Below are positions 8,869 to 17,709 of a stretch of DNA of 53,072 nucleotides, in pieces; positions within the stretch are counted from its first letter, which is position 1; each line of letters opens with the position of its first letter. This DNA is from an uncultured Planctomycetia bacterium. GTDB lineage: Bacteria; Omnitrophota; Gorgyraeia; Duberdicusellales; 4484-171. Under the pieces are notes generated by a model. That model did not search any database. It saw nothing but the letters and a program-made list of their open reading frames with translations, and had not been told where the DNA came from. The position numbers were made by a program, and so were the translations under genes. The DNA lies in NCBI GenBank assembly GCA_964536195.1, contig CAZHVO010000001.1, positions 1 through 53,072 on the forward strand, written 5' to 3'.

Positions 8869-10623
8869 ATGGAGACAAAGATACTTATATGTATGGGTAC
8901 AAGTGGCATTTCAGCCGGAGCTGAAGATGTGGCGAGAATTTTTGAAGAAGAGCTAAGGCGTCACAAACTGACTGATAAATGTAAGATTGTAAAAACTGGC
9001 GATCGCGGTCTATTTAGGGATGTGTTAGTAGATATTATTAGTTCTAAACTTGGTAGGGTTGTCTACGAGTATATTAAACCTGAAGATGTGTCTAAAATTG
9101 TAGAAAGCCATCTTTTACGGGGTGAGCCAGTAGGAGAATTGCAGGCTAAGAAAGACTATGAAGAGTTTTTCTCAGGTCAAATGCGAATTGTTCTTTCTAA
9201 TTGTGGAGAAATTGACCCTGAGGATATAGATGATTATATAAATCATGGCGGCTATATGGCGTTAAAGAATCTTTTTGATACAACCCCAGATAAAGTTATA
9301 GAAGAGGTTAAGAGTTCGGGTTTAAAAGGTAGAGGCGGAGCAGGATTTCTTACCGGATTAAAGTGGCATTTTGCTAGAATTGCCGAGAGTAGTGAGAAAT
9401 ATGTGATATGTAATGCCGACGAGGGTGACCCTGGTGCATTTATGGATCGTAGTATCTTAGAGGGCGACCCTCACTCTGTAATTGAAGGAATGATTATCGC
9501 CGGTTATGCTATCGGTGCCAGTATTGGATATATCTATTGTCGCGCTGAATATCCATTAGCCATAAAGAGACTAAACAAGGCAATATCGCAAGCTAGAGAA
9601 AAGTTATACTTGGGGAAAAATATTTTAAATAGTAGTTTTTCGTTTGATATTAACATAAAAGAAGGTGCTGGTGCGTTTGTTTGTGGAGAGGAAACAGCCC
9701 TTATAGCGTCTATCGAAGGGCGTCGAGGTATGCCAAAATCTAGACCGCCATTTCCTGCCCAAGAGGGGTTATGGGGCAAGCCTACCTTGATCAATAATGT
9801 AGAAACGCTTGCCAATATAAGGCATATTATTGCAAAAGGGGCCGAGTGGTTTTTTGGGATAGGCTCTGAAAATAGCAAGGGTACCAAGGTTTTTGCTTTG
9901 GCAGGAAAAGTTAAAAATACAGGCTTGGTAGAGGTTCCTATGGGAACTACTATCCGCCAGCTCATATACGGCCCCGGTGGCGGAACGGTAAATAAAAATA
10001 TAGATTTTAAAGGTGTGCAGATTGGCGGTCCATCAGGCGGATGTCTTCCCGAAAGCCTTCTAGACACTTCTATCGATTTTGAATCTATTACTAAAACTGG
10101 TGCAATTATGGGTTCTGGAGGTATGGTTGTAATGGATAAACTTACCTGTATGGTTGATATAGCAAAATTCTTTTTAGATTTTACCGTAGCTGAATCGTGT
10201 GGTAAGTGCGTACCTTGCAGGGTTGGTTTAAAAAGGATGCTAGAGGTTCTTGAAGGAATTACAGAAGGTAAGGGTAAGCAGGAGCATATTAAATTTCTGC
10301 AAGAGATGTCGGTTACTATAAAAGACACTGCTCTTTGCGGCCTGGGTAATACAGCTCCTAATCCGGTGTTGACAACGATAAGGTATTTTTTAGATGAATA
10401 CAAAGCTCACATAGCAGATAAATTTTGCCCTTCTCACGTATGCGTAGAGCTTTTAAAATTCGAAGTTATCGAGAGTAAGTGTGTTAAATGCGGAAAATGT
10501 TTTACGGTTTGTCCGGTCGGTGCTATCGATTGGAAAAAGAAAGAATGCGCAAAGATAAATAAGGAAAAATGTATAAAGTGTAAGGCATGCATTAATGCCT
10601 GTCCATTTATGGCAATAGAATGA
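8869..10623 (+). CDS. NuoF/HydB-like NAD(H)-binding FMN/FeS flavoprotein subunit
   Basis: GRGGAGFLTGLKW FMN/NADH motif, ESCGKCVPCRVG N3-cluster motif and two C-terminal CxxCxxCxxxCP ferredoxin motifs. The start abuts the nuoE-like stop. Confidence 0.85.
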   Translation: METKILICMGTSGISAGAEDVARIFEEELRRHKLTDKCKIVKTGDRGLFRDVLVDIISSKLGRVVYEYIKPEDVSKIVESHLLRGEPVGELQAKKDYEEFFSGQMRIVLSNCGEIDPEDIDDYINHGGYMALKNLFDTTPDKVIEEVKSSGLKGRGGAGFLTGLKWHFARIAESSEKYVICNADEGDPGAFMDRSILEGDPHSVIEGMIIAGYAIGASIGYIYCRAEYPLAIKRLNKAISQAREKLYLGKNILNSSFSFDINIKEGAGAFVCGEETALIASIEGRRGMPKSRPPFPAQEGLWGKPTLINNVETLANIRHIIAKGAEWFFGIGSENSKGTKVFALAGKVKNTGLVEVPMGTTIRQLIYGPGGGTVNKNIDFKGVQIGGPSGGCLPESLLDTSIDFESITKTGAIMGSGGMVVMDKLTCMVDIAKFFLDFTVAESCGKCVPCRVGLKRMLEVLEGITEGKGKQEHIKFLQEMSVTIKDTALCGLGNTAPNPVLTTIRYFLDEYKAHIADKFCPSHVCVELLKFEVIESKCVKCGKCFTVCPVGAIDWKKKECAKINKEKCIKCKACINACPFMAIE

Positions 10624-12695
10624 TTAATTTAACTATTAACAACACAAAAGTAAAGGTAGAAGAAGGCAGAACAGTGCTTGAGGTAGCGCTTAATGCCGGC
10701 ATATACATACCTAATTTATGCTATCATCCCGACATACCCCCCATAGGCGCATGTCGTTTATGTATTGTTGAGATTGATGGCATGAGAGGATTTCCCACAT
10801 CTTGCACTACCAGAGTAAGGGAGGGTATGGTTATTCACACTAACACTCCTAGAGTCCAGGAATTAAGAAAGAACATTATTTGGTTTATTTTGAGCGAGCA
10901 TCCAGAGAGAATAGATAAGTCGTCTCAGTTAAAAAAGGTTGTTGATTGGGTAGGAATAAAAAATCCTCTTTCCGGCTATGTTCCTCATTTAAGGAATTTA
11001 CCGATAATTACAAATGAACCTTTATTCATCAAGGATTTTGATCGGTGTATTTTGTGCGGTCGCTGTATCAGCATGTGTCAGGGGATAAGAAATGTTGGGG
11101 CTATAGGATTCATAAATCGTGGTATAAATACGATTATAGGTACTAATTGCAATTTAGCCATGGAAGAAGCTGGTTGTAAATTCTGTACAGCTTGTGTGGA
11201 AGTATGTCCTTCAGGAGCATTAGTCGATAAAAATAAGTTTGAAGAAAAGGATCGCGAGAAAACAATTCTACCTTGTAAATATGCATGTCCTGCGGGAATA
11301 GATATACCAAGGTACGTGAGACTAATCGCTGAGGGAAGATTCCAGGATTCTCTAGAGGTAATTAGGGAGACTGTTCCATTCCCGTATGTTTTAGGTTGCG
11401 TATGCCATCGTCCCTGTGAAGAAGTATGTCGTAGAGGCGAAGTCAACGAAACTATGTCTATAAGAGAGTTAAAGAGGTTTGTGGCTAAGCAGGATTCAGG
11501 TAGGTGGAGATCAAAGATTACGATTGCACCGGATACAGGTAAAAAGGTTGCAATCGTCGGTTCCGGACCCTGTGGCTTAACTGCTGCTTGGTTTCTTAAG
11601 AAATCGGGCCACTCTGTAACTGTCTTTGAGGCTTTATCAAAACCAGGTGGGATGATGAAAATAGGCATTCCTGATTACAGGTTGCCAACAGAGATTTTAA
11701 ACCGCGAAATTAAAGATATAGAAAATATTGGAGTAAAAATAAAGACTAATACAAAAATAGAATCGGTTGATAATCTTTTCGATCAGGGGTTTGATGCAAT
11801 AATTTTAGCTTTAGGTGCACAGAAAGGAATAAAAATGGGTATTCCTGGCGAGGACGATCCTCGGGTTCTTGATGGAATTTCTCTGTTAAGGTCTATAAAT
11901 CTTGGAGAAAAGGTTAAGCTTTTAGGTGAGGTGGCTGTTGTTGGCGGAGGAAATGTAGCGGTAGATGTGGCAAGGAGTGCATTAAGGGTTGGAGCTAAGA
12001 AAGTTAATATTTTATATCGTCGGACTCGAGAAGAAATGCCGGCATATTCAGAAGAGATAGAAGAGGCATTGAAGGAGGGGGTGGATATAAGTTTTCTCAT
12101 AGCTCCACAGAAAGTTTTGTCTGGAGATAATAGATTAAAGGTAGAATGTATTCGGATGGAGCTGGGTGAACCTGATTCAAGCGGGAGGAGGCGTCCGGTT
12201 CCGATTAAGGATAGTGAATTTATAATTGAAGTCGATAAGCTGATAATAGCTATCGGACAAAGGTGTGTTGTACCTGCTGAGTTTAGCATTACAACAGATA
12301 AGAAAGGTAAAATTAGTGTGGATCAGGAGACCTTAGCTTGCTCAAGACAAGGGGTGTTTTCAGGGGGAGATGTAGTAAGCGGGCCGGCTTCTATTATTGA
12401 AGCTATTGATGCTGGCAGAAAATCCGCAGTTTCTGTAGATAAGTATTTAGGGGGAGAGGGCCAGGTTTATCAGAGATTTATCCCTGAGGAGCAAGAAAGC
12501 CCTTGCTTAAATAGAGAAGAGGGTTTTGGTTGTCGTAAGAGAGCTGAAATGACCTTACTTCCCGTTAATAAGAGAGTACACAATTTTTCTCAGGTAGAAT
12601 ATGGTTTTGATGAAAAGACAGCAGTAGAAGAAGCAAAAAGATGTTTAAGGTGCCAATTACGATTGAAGATTTCTAAGCCTCCTTTACCTTACTAA
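10620..12695 (+). CDS. Fusion protein: NuoG/HydA-N-terminal-like FeS domains plus GltD/NfnB-like NAD(P)H FAD oxidoreductase
   Basis: N-terminal 2Fe-2S (CYHPD..CRLC) and CxxCxxCxxxC motifs. From about residue 300 it has GltD-like VAIVGSGPCGLTAAWFL and VVGGGNVAVD Rossmann motifs. No H-cluster (TSCCP) motif is present. Confidence 0.75.
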   Translation: MINLTINNTKVKVEEGRTVLEVALNAGIYIPNLCYHPDIPPIGACRLCIVEIDGMRGFPTSCTTRVREGMVIHTNTPRVQELRKNIIWFILSEHPERIDKSSQLKKVVDWVGIKNPLSGYVPHLRNLPIITNEPLFIKDFDRCILCGRCISMCQGIRNVGAIGFINRGINTIIGTNCNLAMEEAGCKFCTACVEVCPSGALVDKNKFEEKDREKTILPCKYACPAGIDIPRYVRLIAEGRFQDSLEVIRETVPFPYVLGCVCHRPCEEVCRRGEVNETMSIRELKRFVAKQDSGRWRSKITIAPDTGKKVAIVGSGPCGLTAAWFLKKSGHSVTVFEALSKPGGMMKIGIPDYRLPTEILNREIKDIENIGVKIKTNTKIESVDNLFDQGFDAIILALGAQKGIKMGIPGEDDPRVLDGISLLRSINLGEKVKLLGEVAVVGGGNVAVDVARSALRVGAKKVNILYRRTREEMPAYSEEIEEALKEGVDISFLIAPQKVLSGDNRLKVECIRMELGEPDSSGRRRPVPIKDSEFIIEVDKLIIAIGQRCVVPAEFSITTDKKGKISVDQETLACSRQGVFSGGDVVSGPASIIEAIDAGRKSAVSVDKYLGGEGQVYQRFIPEEQESPCLNREEGFGCRKRAEMTLLPVNKRVHNFSQVEYGFDEKTAVEEAKRCLRCQLRLKISKPPLPY

Positions 12696-12746
12696 GATAA
12701 AAGAGGTAGTTCTTTGTTTTCATTCCTTGTTTTTAAAAAGTTTTTC

Positions 12747-12776
12747 TTGACTATTAACCAAATTTATTGGATAATT
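12747..12776 (+). promoter_or_regulatory. Putative sigma70 promoter upstream of the carB leader (TTGACT-17/18-GATAAT/ATAATT)
   Basis: TTGACT at 12747-12752 and ATAATT at 12771-12776. The same TTTTTCTTGAC context is seen upstream of gdhA (4959-4969). Confidence 0.35.
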
Positions 12777-12795
12777 ATTTCTAATGTGGATAAAG

Positions 12796-12843
12796 GCGTC
12801 CCTTTGTTAAGAAGAAATAGAGGGGGCGCTTTTTTTATTTTTA
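12796..12843 (+). terminator. Intrinsic-terminator-like hairpin inside the carB leader (putative attenuator)
   Basis: GCGUCCCUU (12796-12804) pairs with AGGGGGCGC (12821-12829), giving 9 bp including 2 G-U pairs. It is followed by TTTTTTTATTTTT, which ends 4 nt before the carB SD (AAGGAGGG). Confidence 0.55.
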
Positions 12844-12856
12844 AAGAAGGAGGGAT

Positions 12857-15800
12857 ATGCCGCGATATGAAGACATTAAAAAAGTTTTAATCATTGGTTC
12901 AGGGCCAATAATTATTGGACAAGCCTGTGAGTTCGATTATTCCGGTACTCAAGCCTGTAAAGCCTTAAAAGAAGAGGGGTACGAGGTTGTTCTGGTTAAT
13001 TCTAATCCGGCAACTATTATGACTGATCCCGGAATGGCTGATAAAACTTATATTGAACCTCTTACCGTTGAAAGTTTGGAACAGATTATCGAGAAAGAAA
13101 GGCCAGATGCCCTTCTACCTAACTTGGGCGGTCAAACCGGTCTTAATTTATCTTCGAGTCTTCATAAGTCTGGGGTTTTAAAGAAGTATGGAGTTAAGAT
13201 GATTGGTGTTGCGGCTGATGCCATTGAACGCGGAGAGGATCGTCTCATCTTCAAAGAGACAATGAAGAAATTAGATATCCCTCTTCCTGAATCTGAAATT
13301 AGTCATTCAGTAGAAGAGGCTGAAGCAGTAGCTGCCAAAATAGGCTATCCAGTAGTATTGCGGCCAGCCTATACAATGGGCGGAACCGGCGGAGGAATCG
13401 CTTATAATGTAGAAGAGTTAAGGGTTATTGTTACTCGAGGTTTATCAGTAAGCCTTGTTCATCAGGTTTTAGTTGAAGAAGCAGTAATTGGCTGGGAAGA
13501 ACTAGAGCTAGAAGTTGTACGGGATCATAAAAGTGCGAAGATTACCGTGTGTTTTATCGAAAATATTGATGCTATGGGTATTCATACTGGGGATAGCTTG
13601 TGTTCTGCCCCAATGCTTACCGTAAAAAAAGAGATACAAGAGAAGTTACAAGTGTATTCTTACCGGATAGTTGATGCGATTGGAGTTGTCGGCGGGACTA
13701 ATATTCAATTTGCCCATAATCCTAAGGATGACCGTATAGTAGTTATTGAGATTAATCCTAGAACATCTCGTTCTTCAGCTTTGGCTTCAAAAGCAACTGG
13801 TTTTCCAATTGCTCGAATCTCAACAAAGTTAGCTGCTGGATTATCAATGGATGAGATTCCTTATTGGAAGGAAGGAACTTTAGAGAAGTATGAACCTAGC
13901 GGTGACTATGTTGTTGTTAAGTTTGCCCGCTGGGCCTTTGAGAAGTTTCCTAAGGCAAAGGATATCTTAGGAACTCAGATGAAGGCAGTTGGTGAGGTAA
14001 TGAGTATAGGAAAGACATTTAAAGAGGCTTTCCAGAAGTCTATCCGTTCTTTAGAAATAGGCCGGGCTGGATTAGGGGTTGATAAATTCAAAGCCCTTTC
14101 GATAGAAAAACTAAGAGGAAAATTAAGTGTGCCTTCAAGTGAGCGGATATTTTTAATATATGAGGCCTTGCGTAGAGGAATCTCTGTTGAAGAGCTCCAC
14201 AAAGTTACTTATATTCATCCTTGGTTTCTTAACGAGATAAAAGAGCTAGCTGATTTTGAAGAGGAGATAATTAAGAATAAGTGGAAAGATTTGCCTGATG
14301 CTAAGCTAATTAAAGCAAAGGAGTTAGGATTCTCAGATAAATATCTAGCTCAGATTTTTAAGATAAAAGAAAAAGAAGTAAGAGAGAAGAGATTATTCCT
14401 TGGGAAGATTGAATGCTATGATGTAGTTCCAGTTAGCGGAGTAGAAAACGCAGCTTACTATTACTCAACATATATCGGAGAAGATAAGGTATCGGTGGCA
14501 GCGAATAAGAAGATATTAATCTTAGGTGGCGGGCCTAACCGGATTGGCCAAGGAATAGAGTTTGACTACACTTGCGTTCATGCAGCTTTTGCTTTGCGGG
14601 ATGAAGGCTATGAGTCAGTTATGGTAAATTGTAACCCTGAGACAGTATCTACTGATTATGATACCTCTAATAAGCTCTACTTTGAGCCGTTGACCGTAGA
14701 AGACGTACTGAGTATCTATGAGAAAGAGAAACCACAAGGAGTTATTGTTCAGTTTGGCGGGCAAACTCCATTAAATATCGCTCAGGAATTAAAAGATAAC
14801 GGAGTAAATATTTTAGGTACTTCACCTGAGAGTATCCGTTTAGCAGAAGACAGAGAATACTTTCGGGAGAGAATGATTGCTCTTGATATTCTTCAACCTG
14901 AGAGTGGTACAGCCCGGTCATTGGATGAGGCTGTAGGAATTGCCAAAAAAATAGGTTACCCTCTTATGGTTCGTCCTTCTTTTGTCTTAGGAGGCCGGGG
15001 TATGAAAATTATCTATAATGAAACAATGTTACAAAAATACGCCCAGGAAGCTATTAAGGTGAGTCCGGAATTTCCTATGCTTATTGATAGATTCTTAGAA
15101 CATGCTATCGAAGCTGAAGTTGATGCTCTTGCTGATGGGGACGATGCTTGTGTTGTTGCAGTAATGGAGCATATAGAACTTGCTGGAGTTCATTCTGGTG
15201 ATTCTGCTTGTGCAATCCCAACCAGGACTATTAAGAAAGAACACCTGGAGACTATTGAGGATTATACTGTTAAAATCGCGAAGGAACTTAAAGTTGTTGG
15301 GTTGATGAATATTCAGTATGCTATCTGTGACGATAAGGTATATATTTTGGAAGCTAACCCTAGAGCGTCTCGAACAGTACCTTTTGTTTCAAAGATCATG
15401 GCAATTTCTATGGCTCGGATTGCAACCCAATTAATGCTTGGCAAGAAACTGAAAGATTTTCCTGAGCTTCAGAAACCTCGCAAGGTCCCTTATGTTGGGG
15501 TTAAAGAGGCAGTTTTTCCTTTCAATATGTTTCCGGAAGTAGACCCTTTGTTAGGTCCTGAGATGAGGGCTACCGGAGAGGTAATGGGCATTGCTGATAC
15601 TTTTGGGCTTGCTTTTTATAAGGCTCAATTGGCTGCAAATTTAAAGCTTCCTACAGAGGGAAATGTTTTGCTTACCGTAACCGATAATGATAAGCCGGAG
15701 CTAATCCGTATAGCTAAGGGGTTTGGTAAGCTTGGGTTTAACATTTACGCTACCCAAGGAACTAGTCGCTTTCTTAAAGAAAACGGTATAGATAGTACCG

Positions 15801-16060
15801 AAGTAAAGAAGCTTCATGAGGGAAGGCCTAATCTCTCTGATGCGATTAAAAATGGAGATATCCATCTAATTATAAATACACCTATTGGAAGTAATAGTAA
15901 ATACGATGATAGTTATATTCGTATTATGGCTATTCAACAGAAGATTCCTTACATTACATCTATGGCTGGTGCCCAAGCCAGCTTTGAAGGGATTGAGGCA
16001 TTGAGGGGAAAGAAGACTTCACCAAAATCTCTTCAGGAATATCACCAAGAAGTGATATAA
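12857..16060 (+). CDS. carB: Carbamoyl-phosphate synthase large subunit
   Basis: 1067 aa with duplicated ATP-grasp halves (GSGPIIIGQACEFDYSG and GGGPNRIGQGIEFDY) and a C-terminal MGS-like domain. Confidence 0.97.
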   Translation: MPRYEDIKKVLIIGSGPIIIGQACEFDYSGTQACKALKEEGYEVVLVNSNPATIMTDPGMADKTYIEPLTVESLEQIIEKERPDALLPNLGGQTGLNLSSSLHKSGVLKKYGVKMIGVAADAIERGEDRLIFKETMKKLDIPLPESEISHSVEEAEAVAAKIGYPVVLRPAYTMGGTGGGIAYNVEELRVIVTRGLSVSLVHQVLVEEAVIGWEELELEVVRDHKSAKITVCFIENIDAMGIHTGDSLCSAPMLTVKKEIQEKLQVYSYRIVDAIGVVGGTNIQFAHNPKDDRIVVIEINPRTSRSSALASKATGFPIARISTKLAAGLSMDEIPYWKEGTLEKYEPSGDYVVVKFARWAFEKFPKAKDILGTQMKAVGEVMSIGKTFKEAFQKSIRSLEIGRAGLGVDKFKALSIEKLRGKLSVPSSERIFLIYEALRRGISVEELHKVTYIHPWFLNEIKELADFEEEIIKNKWKDLPDAKLIKAKELGFSDKYLAQIFKIKEKEVREKRLFLGKIECYDVVPVSGVENAAYYYSTYIGEDKVSVAANKKILILGGGPNRIGQGIEFDYTCVHAAFALRDEGYESVMVNCNPETVSTDYDTSNKLYFEPLTVEDVLSIYEKEKPQGVIVQFGGQTPLNIAQELKDNGVNILGTSPESIRLAEDREYFRERMIALDILQPESGTARSLDEAVGIAKKIGYPLMVRPSFVLGGRGMKIIYNETMLQKYAQEAIKVSPEFPMLIDRFLEHAIEAEVDALADGDDACVVAVMEHIELAGVHSGDSACAIPTRTIKKEHLETIEDYTVKIAKELKVVGLMNIQYAICDDKVYILEANPRASRTVPFVSKIMAISMARIATQLMLGKKLKDFPELQKPRKVPYVGVKEAVFPFNMFPEVDPLLGPEMRATGEVMGIADTFGLAFYKAQLAANLKLPTEGNVLLTVTDNDKPELIRIAKGFGKLGFNIYATQGTSRFLKENGIDSTEVKKLHEGRPNLSDAIKNGDIHLIINTPIGSNSKYDDSYIRIMAIQQKIPYITSMAGAQASFEGIEALRGKKTSPKSLQEYHQEVI

Positions 16061-16157
16061 ACCCAACCTCTAGAGAGTTTGTCTGTGTTTGGTAAAATAG
16101 TGATAATCCTATAGACAATTGGGAATAAACAGCGACAATGCTAAAGGGGGAGCAATA

Positions 16158-17675
16158 ATGGTTAAGCGATTAGGTTTTGATAATGAAAAATACCTTAAAG
16201 AGCAAACTAAAGCTATATTAGAGCGAGTCGAGAGGTTTAATAACAAACTTTACCTTGAGTTTGGTGGCAAGATTGTTTTTGACTATCATGCCTCAAGAGT
16301 TCTGCCAGGATTTGATCCTAATGTAAAGATGAGACTTTTGCAGAAGCTTAAAGATAAAGCTGACATTATCCTTTGTATCTATGCTGGTGATATCGAAAGA
16401 AGAAAAGTTAGAGCTGATTTTGGTATTACCTATGATGTCGACGCTTTAAAGCTAATTGACGATTTAAGGAGTTGGGGTATTAACATAGCAGCAGTGGTAA
16501 TAACTCGTTTTGATAATCAAACTTCAGCTAAAATATTCAAAAATAAATTAGAGCGCAGAAATATGAAGGTTTACACCCATTCATTTACTAAGGGTTATCC
16601 TACAGATGTGGATTTAATTGTAAGTGATCAGGGCTATGGTGCAGATACTTATATTGAGACCAAAAAGCCGCTAGTTGTAGTTACTGGCCCTGGACCAGGA
16701 AGTGGAAAACTTGCCACTTGTCTTTGTCAGCTTTACCATGAATATAAAAGGGGAGTAAAGGCAGGCTATGCAAAGTTTGAAACCTTTCCGATTTGGAATA
16801 TTCCTCTTAAACATCCGGTTAATATCGCTTATGAGGCAGCCACCGCAGATTTGCGAGACTTTAATCTCGTTGATCCCTTTCACCTAGAGGCTTATAAAGA
16901 GACAGCAATTAATTACAATCGAGACGTTGATGCTTTTCCTCTTGTTGAGCGGATAATAGAGAAAATTACTGGGGCTGAATCAATATATAAATCTCCTACT
17001 GATATGGGAGTAAATAGAGCTGGTTTTGGAATTGTAGATGATGATGCTGTTAAGACTGAAGCAAAACAGGAGATCATCCGCAGGTTTTTTAGATATAGGT
17101 GTGAATATGCAATGGGTTTTAGCGATAAGGGGACAGTCGAGCGAATAGAACAACTTATGGAGGAGTTAAACCTTAAACCTGAAGATCGATGTGTTGTTAA
17201 ACCAGCCAATGATGCTGTTAGTGAGGCTGAAGATAAGAAAAAGGGGCATGGAGGGGTTTTTTGCGGTTCAGCTATAGAGCTTAAAAGTGGTAAGATAGTT
17301 ACTGGAAAGAATTCCAACCTGATGCATGCAACAGCTAGCCTTGTTCTTAATACTGTAAAAGAGTTAGCAGGGATACCGGACAAAATTCATCTCTTGGCGC
17401 CAACAATAATAGAATCGATAGGAAAGTTAAAGAAAAGTGTTTCTGGTTCCAAAGCAGTAAGCCTGGATTTGGAGGAGACTTTAATTGCCTTAAGCATTAG
17501 TGCTGCTACTAATCCAACATCTCAATTAGCTATGGAGAAACTGAAAGAACTTGGAGGATGTGAAGTGCATACAACTCATATACCTACACCGGGCGATGAA
17601 GCCGGGTTGCGTAAGCTAGGGGTTAATCTTACCAGTGAACCAAATTTTTCTTCCAAGAGTCTTTTTATAACATAA
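16158..17675 (+). CDS. UPF0371 / DUF1846 family protein (function unknown)
   Basis: [11 protein letters not shown]...[23 protein letters not shown]-terminus is typical of UPF0371. ATG 16158 follows AAAGGGGGAG. The TTG 16119 track start only adds an unsupported 13-aa extension. Confidence 0.8.
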   Translation: MVKRLGFDNEKYLKEQTKAILERVERFNNKLYLEFGGKIVFDYHASRVLPGFDPNVKMRLLQKLKDKADIILCIYAGDIERRKVRADFGITYDVDALKLIDDLRSWGINIAAVVITRFDNQTSAKIFKNKLERRNMKVYTHSFTKGYPTDVDLIVSDQGYGADTYIETKKPLVVVTGPGPGSGKLATCLCQLYHEYKRGVKAGYAKFETFPIWNIPLKHPVNIAYEAATADLRDFNLVDPFHLEAYKETAINYNRDVDAFPLVERIIEKITGAESIYKSPTDMGVNRAGFGIVDDDAVKTEAKQEIIRRFFRYRCEYAMGFSDKGTVERIEQLMEELNLKPEDRCVVKPANDAVSEAEDKKKGHGGVFCGSAIELKSGKIVTGKNSNLMHATASLVLNTVKELAGIPDKIHLLAPTIIESIGKLKKSVSGSKAVSLDLEETLIALSISAATNPTSQLAMEKLKELGGCEVHTTHIPTPGDEAGLRKLGVNLTSEPNFSSKSLFIT

Positions 17676-17709
17676 TGATACAGACGTTCTACTAAATCGG
17701 AGGTAATAA

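Noticed and set aside
9534-10403. Long antisense ORFs inside well-supported genes. They include 9534-10403, 11078-11668, 11783-12289, 16913-17383 and 52295-52702 on the - strand, and 7876-8082, 42620-42853 and 44120-44317 on the + strand.
   Set aside because: Each lies fully within a gene whose product has clear conserved motifs on the other strand or frame. The translated products are low-complexity (Ser/Pro/Leu/Ile-rich) with no motifs and no SD. They are best explained as shadow ORFs.
12785-12793. Perfect DnaA-box 9-mer TGTGGATAA (complement of TTATCCACA) in the carB leader.
   Set aside because: It is a single isolated box with no cluster, no AT-rich DUE and no dnaA/dnaN nearby. One chance occurrence of a 9-mer on two strands of 53 kb is not surprising.
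16119-16157. TTG-initiated 13-aa N-terminal extension of the DUF1846 gene given in the ORF track.
   Set aside because: There is no SD before the TTG. ATG 16158 is preceded by AAAGGGGGAG and matches the usual family N-terminus (..GFDNEKYL).
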